From Polyangiaceae bacterium (GTDB lineage Bacteria > Myxococcota_A > Polyangia > Polyangiales > Polyangiaceae), in the NCBI GenBank assembly GCA_044222475.1, contig JBGANF010000030.1:9532-73531 (forward strand): a stretch of 64,000 nucleotides of DNA, given 5' to 3'. A program made the position numbers and the translations under genes. Every line of letters starts with the position of its first letter. Position 1 is the stretch's first letter. Under the pieces are notes generated by a model. The model searched no databases, had not been told where the DNA came from, and saw nothing but the letters and a program-made list of their open reading frames with translations. This document shows, in pieces, positions 10,561-18,749 of the stretch.

Positions 10561-11790
10561 GTGTCCAGCGAGGCCCACATGCGAACGCACCACGTCTTCG
10601 GCGGGGGCACGTTCTTCCACGTGCGCCCCCACTTCTCGCTCTGCGCGCCGGCCTTCGGGCAGACCGCGCGGAGGCTCCACGAGCTCCTGTCCGAGGCGAC
10701 CCCCGGCGATGCATGCACTCTGCATCTGACCCGCATGGCCGGCGGTGATGCGACGCTCGAGACGAACGACGACGTCGCGCGGCGCGTCGCGGCCATCGTG
10801 GACGACCCTGCGTCGAAGATCGTCGTGATGAACGCCGCGCTGTGCGACTTCGAGGGTCGCGTCGCGGATGGCGCGTCGGGGAAGGATCAACCGCGACTCC
10901 GGTCGGATGCAGGTCCGCACTCGATGACGCTCACGCCGGCACGAAAGGTTCTCGCGACGATCCGGGCCGCGCGGAAGGACCTCTTCGTCGTCGGCTTCAA
11001 GGCGACGGCTGGCGCCACGCCGGAGGCGCAGTACGACGCCGGTCTCTCGCTCCTGAAGCGGAGCCACGCGAACCTCGTGCTCGCGAACGACGTCCGCACC
11101 GGGCACCACATGGTGATCGCCCCCGAGCTGGCGCGGTACCATGAAGGGACCGACCGCGACGCCGCGCTCCGCGGCCTCGTCGAGATGGCGGTCGCGCGGA
11201 GCCGCCTCTCGTTCACCCCGACGACGCTCGTCCCCGGCGACCTGGTGCCCTGGGATTCGGTCGAAGTGCCGGCCTCGCTGCGCGCGGTCGTGGACCACTG
11301 CGTCGCCCGCGGGGCGTACCAGCCGTTTCGCGGCGTCACCGTCGGCCACTTCGCGTACCGAAGTGGGACGACTGAGCTCACGAGCTCGCGGCGGAAGCGA
11401 AACTTCAACCTCGACGGCGAACGCGATCTCGTCCGCGTCGAGTTCGGCGACGACGCGGTGATCGCCCACGGCGCCAAGCCGAGCGCGGGGACCCGAAGCC
11501 AGTGGGAGGTCCTCTCGGCCTTTCCCGACTTCGACTGCATCGTCCACGTCCACTGCCGCGCCAAGCCGGGCTCGGCGGTGCCGGTGCGGCCCCAGCGCGA
11601 GGTCGAGTGCGGATCCCATCAGTGCGGGAGGAACACGCGCGACGGAATGCACCGCTTCGGAGATCTCGCGGCGGTGATGCTGGACCGGCACGGCCCGAAC
11701 GTCCTCTTTCACCGCAGCATCGATCCCGCGCGCGTCATCGCGTTCATGGAGGCGAGCTTCGACTTGACGCGAAGGAGCGACCATTTTTGA
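10561..11790 (+). CDS. CoaB/DFP-like domain fused to a class II aldolase/adducin-like domain
   Basis: FGGGT, MNAALCDF, VVGFKAT and LVLANDV resemble PPC synthetase; C-terminal KPS...CIVHVHC...HG resembles a class II aldolase metal site. Confidence 0.6.
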   Translation: MSSEAHMRTHHVFGGGTFFHVRPHFSLCAPAFGQTARRLHELLSEATPGDACTLHLTRMAGGDATLETNDDVARRVAAIVDDPASKIVVMNAALCDFEGRVADGASGKDQPRLRSDAGPHSMTLTPARKVLATIRAARKDLFVVGFKATAGATPEAQYDAGLSLLKRSHANLVLANDVRTGHHMVIAPELARYHEGTDRDAALRGLVEMAVARSRLSFTPTTLVPGDLVPWDSVEVPASLRAVVDHCVARGAYQPFRGVTVGHFAYRSGTTELTSSRRKRNFNLDGERDLVRVEFGDDAVIAHGAKPSAGTRSQWEVLSAFPDFDCIVHVHCRAKPGSAVPVRPQREVECGSHQCGRNTRDGMHRFGDLAAVMLDRHGPNVLFHRSIDPARVIAFMEASFDLTRRSDHF

Positions 11791-11816
11791 CCCGGGATGC
11801 TAGTGGTAGGGTCGTC

Positions 11817-12767
11817 ATGGTGGAGAAGACGCGGTCCGGGTCGAGCCGACGAGCGACGTTGCTGCTCACGCTGGGCTTGGCGCTCGCGTTCGTGGTCGCG
11901 ATCGTCTTCCGCTACCAAGCGCGTCGTCAGGCCGAAGCCGACCGAGGCAGCTCGGCGACGCCCATCGTCTTCCTGCTTTCGCAGCAGCACGGCGCTCAGC
12001 TCACGGTCGAAGACCGGCAAGCGCTCGGCGCGTACTTGCAGAAGGAGAGCGGCCTCGTCGTGGACGTCCGCGTGGCTCCGTCTTCCTTCGATGGAATCGC
12101 GGGGTTCGCGGACACGGCGGACGTCGGCCTCCTCGGCTTGTTCGAGTACCTGCTCGCCCGCGCGGAGTACACCGTCGATGCGCAGCTCCAAGTGCTTCGC
12201 GAGAACGGCGCGGCGACCTACACCGGCGAGATCCTCGTCCCGTCCCAGAGCCCGGTGAAGAGCGTGAAGGATCTGCAGGGAAAGCGCTTCGCCTACGTGG
12301 ACGCGTTCTCCACCAGCGGCTTCGTGTTTCCGGCGAAGTTGCTCGCCGACGCCAGCGTCCGCGTCACGCCGGAGTTCGCGGGCAGTCCCGGAGAGGTGCT
12401 CGCTCGTCTGAAGGATGGCCGGGTCGATGCCGGCGCGGTGTACTCCGGAGCCAACACGGACACCGCCGCTCTTCGCGTCGTCGCGACGACGGACGCGATC
12501 CCGAACGAACCCGTCTTCTTCCGGCGCGGTCTGGTTCCCGAGAAGCGGGAGAAGCTTCGCGCAGCGCTGGAGAAGCTCGGATCGACGCCCGAGGGCCGAA
12601 CGATCCTCCATCGGATCGCCAACATCACCGGGTTCCAGCGGATCGACGACGCGCACTACGAGCCCGTGCTCGCCACGGTTCGCGCCGCTGGAAAGACCAT
12701 CTACGAAGTCGTGCCCGAAGGCACTCGCGTCGAGTCCGAGCGTCGGGGAATCGAGCTCGTCCCGTAG
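11817..12767 (+). CDS. Phosphate/phosphite/phosphonate substrate-binding protein (PhnD-like), membrane anchored
   Basis: N-terminal TM; DLQGKRFAYVDAFSTSGFVFP (PhnD-type STSG); GRVDAG; IPNEP. Confidence 0.8.
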   Translation: MVEKTRSGSSRRATLLLTLGLALAFVVAIVFRYQARRQAEADRGSSATPIVFLLSQQHGAQLTVEDRQALGAYLQKESGLVVDVRVAPSSFDGIAGFADTADVGLLGLFEYLLARAEYTVDAQLQVLRENGAATYTGEILVPSQSPVKSVKDLQGKRFAYVDAFSTSGFVFPAKLLADASVRVTPEFAGSPGEVLARLKDGRVDAGAVYSGANTDTAALRVVATTDAIPNEPVFFRRGLVPEKREKLRAALEKLGSTPEGRTILHRIANITGFQRIDDAHYEPVLATVRAAGKTIYEVVPEGTRVESERRGIELVP

Positions 12768-12949
12768 GGGGCATTCGAACGTGCCGAGCGCAAGTCCGCT
12801 CGGTGGCGCTTCGGTGACACGCGAGCAACGCGCCGATGTGCCATCGAATCGTTTCCGACCTCTTGGTTCGCTGACACTCGGCGCGCGCAAGGTGGCTTCG
12901 CGCTCGCAACGGCACACGACGCCAAACGCGAGCGACTGGAGAAACCAGC

Positions 12950-14173
12950 ATGCGCTCTGTCACCTCTCACGCGATCTTCGCCTCGGCGGCGCTCGCGACG
13001 ACGCTCGCCGCGACGTCGGCGAACGCCGCTCCGTGCACGAACACGGGGCTCCCCGGGACGCCGGTCTTCGTCGCCGGCTCGAGCGCGGCGAAGCCGATGC
13101 TCAAGCAGGTCTCGGCGGCGCTCGCCGCAATCCCGAACACCCCCATCCGCCTCGTCTACCAGAGCCTCGGCTCGTGCGCGGGGCTCTCCGACATCACGAC
13201 CAACACGAAGGAGCCGGCGACCGGCATCGTGTGGGACGGCGGAGGCAACGAGGTCACCTGCGACGCGCCGAACGGCGGCGCCGACGTCGACGTCGCCATC
13301 AGCGACGTCTTCGCGTCGAGCTGCACCAACGTGACCATCCCGGCAGGGCAGAAGGACTTCCTCGGCTCGACTCAGGTCTTCGACTTCGTGGTCCCGCCCT
13401 CCTCGAAGGAGACGGTCATCAGCCAAGAGGCAGCGTTCGTCGTCTTCGGGTTCGGTGCGGTCACCAACATCGTCAACCCCTGGAACGACGTGAACTTCAT
13501 CTTCCGCCGGGCCGGAACGTCGGGCACGTACTCGATGACGGCGAAGCTCCTCGGCCTCGACATCGCGAAGTTCAAGGGCACGATCCCCGGCGCAGGCAAG
13601 AGCGGCGACGTCCTCACCGCGGTCCACAACGCGGACGCGACGAGCCCCGACAAGGCCCTCGGCGTCCTCTCCGCGGACTTCGCCGACACGAACCGCGGCG
13701 GCGGCAGCGCCATCAAGGTGCTCGCGTACCAGCCGAAGGGCGCGGCGTGCGGCTTCTTCGCCGACTCGTCCGGCACCACGTTCGACAAGATCAACGTCCG
13801 TGAGGGTCGCTACCCGTTCTGGGGCCCCCTCCACTACGTGACCAAGGTCGACAACCAGGGCAAGCCATCGAGCGCGACGGTTGCGACGCTCCTCTCCTTC
13901 TTCACTCGTGAAGGTCTCGACGACACGAACAAGAAGAAGATGATCGACGCCGAGGTCGCCGCCTACACCATCCCGCAGTGCGCGATGAAGGTGTCGCGCA
14001 CCGTCGAGGTCGGAGTGACCGAGACCGCGACCGCGTTCAGCCCGGCCGAGCCGTGCGGTTGTTACTACGAGTTCAAGGCGACCGGCACCGCGCCGAAGTC
14101 CTGCACCGTCTGCACCGATGACACCCCGTGTGGCACCGGAAAGTGCCGCTACGGCTACTGCGAGGCGAAGTGA
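12950..14173 (+). CDS. PstS/PBP-like secreted phosphate-binding protein with a Cys-rich C-terminus
   Basis: Signal peptide; AGSSA, GSCAG, DVAISD, RRAGTSGT and YPFW in PstS-family order; C-terminal Cys cluster. Confidence 0.65.
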   Translation: MRSVTSHAIFASAALATTLAATSANAAPCTNTGLPGTPVFVAGSSAAKPMLKQVSAALAAIPNTPIRLVYQSLGSCAGLSDITTNTKEPATGIVWDGGGNEVTCDAPNGGADVDVAISDVFASSCTNVTIPAGQKDFLGSTQVFDFVVPPSSKETVISQEAAFVVFGFGAVTNIVNPWNDVNFIFRRAGTSGTYSMTAKLLGLDIAKFKGTIPGAGKSGDVLTAVHNADATSPDKALGVLSADFADTNRGGGSAIKVLAYQPKGAACGFFADSSGTTFDKINVREGRYPFWGPLHYVTKVDNQGKPSSATVATLLSFFTREGLDDTNKKKMIDAEVAAYTIPQCAMKVSRTVEVGVTETATAFSPAEPCGCYYEFKATGTAPKSCTVCTDDTPCGTGKCRYGYCEAK

Positions 14174-14178
14174 GCACC

Positions 14179-14433
14179 ATGAACACCAAGAAGATCCACG
14201 TCGCCCTCCTCGCCGCGATCGCGCTCGCGGTCCCGACCACCGTCATCGTCGCGTGCTCGAGCGATCCCGACCCGGTCGGACCGACGAACAACCCCGACGC
14301 CGGCAAGGACGTCGCCGTTCAACCCGACGTGCAAACCGACGGTGGCACCGACTCCGCACCGAACCAGTGCGCGACCGGAATCACCTTCGACAACAAACGC
14401 GTCCCCGGATTCCCCAACGTGCCGCAGCCCTGA
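14179..14433 (+). CDS. Small lipoprotein
   Basis: MNTKK, hydrophobic stretch, lipobox IVAC; in operon after the PstS-like gene. Confidence 0.7.
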   Translation: MNTKKIHVALLAAIALAVPTTVIVACSSDPDPVGPTNNPDAGKDVAVQPDVQTDGGTDSAPNQCATGITFDNKRVPGFPNVPQP

Positions 14434-14460
14434 GGCACGGAAACTGAGAAAGCGCCCAAA

Positions 14461-14492
14461 CCCGCTGGCGTCCCAACATGGGACGCAGCGGG
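14461..14492. promoter_or_regulatory. Intergenic inverted repeat containing the GTCCCA-ACA-TGGGAC palindrome
   Basis: cccgctggcgtccca-aca-tgggacgcagcggg between the lipoprotein and porin genes. Confidence 0.5.
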
Positions 14493-14524
14493 CTGACGGC
14501 GAGAGGAAAAGGCTCGTCCAGAAA

Positions 14525-15919
14525 ATGGTGACGACGGTGAGGCTGAATCGAGGTGTCCTGTTTGCGTTCCTGTGTCTCTTTCCGGCGCAGGCGCTCGCGG
14601 CTGACGACGACGACGACCTCGTCGTGACGGCGAAGCCTTCTCCTTCTTCGCCCCCTCCCCCTCCCGCTCCCGCTCCCGCTCCCGTTTCTCCTCCGCCGGC
14701 CGCTGCACCAGCGTCGCCCGCCAAGCTCTGGGGTCTCCTCCCGACGCTGGAGTCCATCGGCCGCCACCTCGCCTTCACTGGGTTCGCCCAAGCCGACCTC
14801 CACCTGAGCCAAGCCTCGGAGAACGAGGTCCAGCAGGGCGGCGCTCTCATGAACGAGAACCGCTTCCTCATCCGCGCGGCCCGCCCGCGATTGGATGTAG
14901 ATTACACGTACGCGAAGCTGCAGCTCGAGCTCGACGGCAACACCGTCCGCGGACCGGAGCTCCGCCTCTTCCACGCGTTCGGCACCGCGGTCCTCCCGGG
15001 TCGCCACGCCGACGACCCGCCGATCGCAGCGTTCTCCCTCGGCCTGATGGACACCCCGTTCGGCTACGAGGTCGGGCTCCTCCCGCAGCGCCTCCAGATG
15101 TTCGCCGAGCGCTCGCTCGCGTCGCGCGCGTTCTTCCCCGGCATCCCCGACGTGGGCATGCGGTTCTTCGGTGGGCTCGGGTTCGTCCGCTGGAGCGTGG
15201 GCCTCATGAACGGCCAACCGCTCGACACCGCGCAGTCGCTCCGAGCTCCCATCTCGCCACGCGACGTCTCGTTTCGCCTCGGGGTCGCGACCCAACCGAC
15301 CCGCGCGCTGGAGATCCGCGGCGGCGTCTCCGGTCTCCGCGGCAAGGGGTTCCACCCCGGCGCCGAGGCGACCAAGAACTCCATCTCGTGGGTCGACGTG
15401 AACGAAGACGGCACGATCCAGCCGTCGGAGCTCGTCGCGCTGCCGGCGACCGCCGCGGCACCTTCCGTCCTCTACGACCGATGGATGGTCGGCGCGGACC
15501 TCCAGGCGGTCCTGAAGACCAAGCTCGGGCTGACTCAGGTCGCCGCCGAGGTCTACGTCGCGAGCAACTACGATCGCAACTTCCAGATCTCGGACCCGGT
15601 GCTGCTCGGCCAAGACACGCGCCAGCTCGGCGCGTACGCGTCGATCGTCCAGGACCTCGGGCGTTTCTTCGTCGTCGGGTTCCGCTACGACCTCTACAAC
15701 CCGAACCTCGACGCGTTCGACTCCCAGGCGGGGAAGCTCGTCCCCAACAAGCAGGTCATCCACACGTTCGCGCCGATGGTCGGCGTCGTCCTCCCCGGCC
15801 GCGCGCGACTCGTCCTCGAGTACGACTTCATCCGCGATGGGATCGCGCGCGACGCGCGCGGTCTTCCGACCGACCTCGCGAACGACGCGTTCAACCTCCG
15901 CATGCAGGTGGACCTGTGA
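14525..15919 (+). CDS. Outer-membrane beta-barrel porin (OprO/OprP-like candidate)
   Basis: Signal peptide, Pro-rich linker, amphipathic strands, FLIRAARPRL, PFGYE, ERS, terminal strand NLRMQVDL. Confidence 0.6.
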   Translation: MVTTVRLNRGVLFAFLCLFPAQALAADDDDDLVVTAKPSPSSPPPPPAPAPAPVSPPPAAAPASPAKLWGLLPTLESIGRHLAFTGFAQADLHLSQASENEVQQGGALMNENRFLIRAARPRLDVDYTYAKLQLELDGNTVRGPELRLFHAFGTAVLPGRHADDPPIAAFSLGLMDTPFGYEVGLLPQRLQMFAERSLASRAFFPGIPDVGMRFFGGLGFVRWSVGLMNGQPLDTAQSLRAPISPRDVSFRLGVATQPTRALEIRGGVSGLRGKGFHPGAEATKNSISWVDVNEDGTIQPSELVALPATAAAPSVLYDRWMVGADLQAVLKTKLGLTQVAAEVYVASNYDRNFQISDPVLLGQDTRQLGAYASIVQDLGRFFVVGFRYDLYNPNLDAFDSQAGKLVPNKQVIHTFAPMVGVVLPGRARLVLEYDFIRDGIARDARGLPTDLANDAFNLRMQVDL

Positions 15920-16851
15920 AGCGCGCGCTTCCCTTGGTCGCGCTCCTCGTCGTGATCGCGTGCGGCGAGAGCACCGATCGCACGCTCGGCCTCGACGAGC
16001 CGATCCGCGTCAAGCGCGCCCAGTTCTTCCCCGGCCCGTTGCCGGGCGCGCCGCCTGGGTCCACCGTGACCGGCACCCCCAAGATCACGAGCGTGACGCT
16101 CGCCAACCCGACGGTGATCCCCGGCCAGGCAGGCAAGAAGATCGACGGACGCGCGAGCGCCAGCGCCACCGCGGTCGGGGTTCGCTTCGCCGACATGGGA
16201 ACCGGCTACTGGGTCGTGCCGACCGGTGCGCTCGACGCGCAGTTCCCCGGCGAGATCGGCTGGCAGGCCGACTGCGACTTCCCGGTGTTCGCGGGCGCGC
16301 AACCCGGCAACCACATGCTCCGCGTCGTCGCGATCGACGCGGCCGGGAACGCCTCCGCTCAAGAGGAGACGCGCCTCTGCCTCGCGCCGAAGGTCCCCGA
16401 CAACCTGCACTCGTGCGATCCGTCGCGGCCCCTGCCCGCCGCGGTGGTGGTCCTCGAGTGGGACGCCGACCTCGATCTCGATCTCGTCGCCGTCGCTCCC
16501 GGCGGGCGCACGGTGGACGCGAAGCACCCCACCGTCTCCGGCGCCGACGCCGGCGTCGCCGAGCCGCAGGACGGCGTCATCGATCGCGACTCGCTCGCGC
16601 AGTGCGTCCCCGATGCGCGCCGGCAAGAGTCTCTCGTCTTCATGAACCGGCCGGCGGCCGGCTCCAGCTTCGACTTCTACGCCAGCCTCTTCTCGCCCTG
16701 CGGCCGCCGCGGAGCGGGCTTCACCCTCTCGGTCTACGAAGCGCTGAACGATGCGCTCACGAAGACCCGCGAGAAGAAGGGCCGCGTCGTCGCGTACGAC
16801 GCGACCGGCGGCGCCACCCTCGGTCTCTACGTCGATTCCGTGACGTTCTAA
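15916..16851 (+). CDS. Lipoprotein of unknown function
   Basis: GTG start overlaps the porin stop; lipobox VIAC; EWDADLDLDL motif. Confidence 0.7.
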   Translation: MKRALPLVALLVVIACGESTDRTLGLDEPIRVKRAQFFPGPLPGAPPGSTVTGTPKITSVTLANPTVIPGQAGKKIDGRASASATAVGVRFADMGTGYWVVPTGALDAQFPGEIGWQADCDFPVFAGAQPGNHMLRVVAIDAAGNASAQEETRLCLAPKVPDNLHSCDPSRPLPAAVVVLEWDADLDLDLVAVAPGGRTVDAKHPTVSGADAGVAEPQDGVIDRDSLAQCVPDARRQESLVFMNRPAAGSSFDFYASLFSPCGRRGAGFTLSVYEALNDALTKTREKKGRVVAYDATGGATLGLYVDSVTF

Positions 16852-16869
16852 CGGAAAGGAAAACCCACC

Positions 16870-17586
16870 ATGCTCGTCGAACGACTCTTGCGCCTCGCCC
16901 TCCTCGGAAGCAGTTGGGTCATGTACCTGCTGCTCTTCCTCTCGATCTTCTCGATCGGCTACATGATCGAGCGGCTCGTCTTCTTCCGTAAGAACCGCGG
17001 CGACGTCGACGCGATGACCGATCGCCTCGCGGCGCTCCTCGGCGACGACGACGTCGATGGCGCGGAGAAGCTCCTCGCCGACTCGAAGTCGGTCGAAGCG
17101 CAGGTGCTCCTCGGCGCGCTCTACTGGTTCCGCGGCGGGCCGAAGGCGTTCACCGACGCCGTCGAGTCGCAGCTCGGGCGCAAGAAGAAGGAGCTCGAGC
17201 GCGGCATGGGCTTCCTCGGGACCCTGGGCTCGAACGCCCCGTTCATCGGCCTCCTCGGCACCGTCATCGGCGTCATCGAGGCGTTCCACCAGCTCGGCGA
17301 CGCGCAGAACAAGGCCGCGATGGGCAACGTCATGGCCGGCATCGCCGAGGCGCTCGTGGCGACCGGCGTCGGCCTCTTCGTCGCCATCCCCGCGGTCGTC
17401 GCCTACAACGTCGTGCAGACGCGCATCGGCGCGATCGAGACGAACGTCGCGGCGGTGACGAAGCAGCTCACGGCGATCCTCGAAGCGAAGGAGTACCAGC
17501 ACGCGCGCGAGGCTTCGCTGGAGCGTTCGGAGCCTCGGAGGCTGAACGGCACGCGCAAGCCCGAGATCTTCGCGGAGGCCGAGTAA
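16870..17586 (+). CDS. exbB: MotA/TolQ/ExbB proton channel protein
   Basis: APFIGLLGTVIG and GIAEALVATGVGLFVAIPA. Confidence 0.92.
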   Translation: MLVERLLRLALLGSSWVMYLLLFLSIFSIGYMIERLVFFRKNRGDVDAMTDRLAALLGDDDVDGAEKLLADSKSVEAQVLLGALYWFRGGPKAFTDAVESQLGRKKKELERGMGFLGTLGSNAPFIGLLGTVIGVIEAFHQLGDAQNKAAMGNVMAGIAEALVATGVGLFVAIPAVVAYNVVQTRIGAIETNVAAVTKQLTAILEAKEYQHAREASLERSEPRRLNGTRKPEIFAEAE

Positions 17587-17587
17587 C

Positions 17588-17998
17588 ATGGGCGTCCAGC
17601 TCGGTGGCGGGAGCAAACGCGCCGGCATCGTCGGGATCAACGTCACCCCGATGGTCGACGTCGTGCTCGTGCTCCTCGTCATCATGATGGTCAGCGCGAC
17701 GTACATCGTCGCTCAGAGCCTGAAGGTCGAGCTGCCCAAGAGCGCGACCTCGGACGAAGCGGTCACATCCACGTTCGCGGTCACGATCGACAAGACCGGC
17801 AAGTTCTTCTTCAACCAGCAGCCGGTGACGGAGGACGAGCTCGTCGCCAAGCTGCGTGAGGCGAAGGCGAGCGGAGCCGACGTGAACTTGGTCGTCACCG
17901 CGGACGCGGCTGCGCTCCACGGAAACGTGGTGCACGTGATCGACCTCGCGAAGCGCGAGGGGATCAGCAAATTCGCGATCAACGTCGAGCGAGACTGA
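17588..17998 (+). CDS. exbD: Biopolymer transporter ExbD/TolR
   Basis: INVTPMVDVVLVLLVIMMV. Confidence 0.93.
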   Translation: MGVQLGGGSKRAGIVGINVTPMVDVVLVLLVIMMVSATYIVAQSLKVELPKSATSDEAVTSTFAVTIDKTGKFFFNQQPVTEDELVAKLREAKASGADVNLVVTADAAALHGNVVHVIDLAKREGISKFAINVERD

Positions 17999-18011
17999 CG
18001 AGGACGCCGCC

Positions 18012-18749
18012 ATGACCAAGCTTCAATGGGCATTGGTGGCGGGAAGCCTCGCGCTCCATGGCGCGGGGTGGATCGCCATGGGCGGTCTCTCGAAAGAGAA
18101 GAAGTACGACTCGGTCGCGATCGCGCTCGCCGAGGCGAAGAAGAAGCCCGAGCCGCCGAAGAAGGACGTTCCGCCGCCGAAGCCGATCGATCCGCCGAAG
18201 GCGCCAGAGGTGAAGCAAGCGAAGGCGGCGCCGAACCCCGAGCCGCAGCTCCCCGACACGCCGCCGCCGCCCGCGAACGCAGGTCCGGTGAGCGACGGGC
18301 CGCCGGGGATGGAAGGCTTCCAGGACCTCGGGCTTTCGCTCGGAGGCGGAGGAGGCGGCATGGCGGTGCCCACCGGCGGTGGACACGGAGCCGGCGGCCC
18401 TGCGACGCCGCAGCCCACCGCCACGCAGAAGACGGTGAAGGCGCTCGCCCCCGTCGCCGCCGACGAGTGCAGCGAAGAGCTCGTGAAGGCGAAGCTCGAC
18501 CATCAAGTGCAACCCGCGTACTCCCAGGAAGCACGCGCGGCGAGCATCGAGGGAGTCGTCAAGCTCGAGCTCACGATCGATGCGGCCGGTCACGTCGTCG
18601 GCGTGAAGGTCGTCAAAGGTCTCGGCTACGGGCTCGACGATGCGGCCGTCGCCGCCGCGAAGCAGTGGACGTTCCAACCGGCGACCAAGTGCGGCAAGCC
18701 AGTGGCGAGCGTCGTCAAGCCCGGGGTGAGGTTCGAGCTCGGATCATGA
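18012..18749 (+). CDS. tonB: Energy transducer TonB
   Basis: TM with SxxxH (SLALH), Pro/Lys-rich spacer, C-terminal domain YSQEARAASIEGVV...WTFQPA. Confidence 0.9.
   Translation: MTKLQWALVAGSLALHGAGWIAMGGLSKEKKYDSVAIALAEAKKKPEPPKKDVPPPKPIDPPKAPEVKQAKAAPNPEPQLPDTPPPPANAGPVSDGPPGMEGFQDLGLSLGGGGGGMAVPTGGGHGAGGPATPQPTATQKTVKALAPVAADECSEELVKAKLDHQVQPAYSQEARAASIEGVVKLELTIDAAGHVVGVKVVKGLGYGLDDAAVAAAKQWTFQPATKCGKPVASVVKPGVRFELGS

Noticed and set aside
14640..14700. CCCGCT tandem repeats
   Set aside because: They encode the Pro/Ala linker of the porin; an ordinary low-complexity coding tract.
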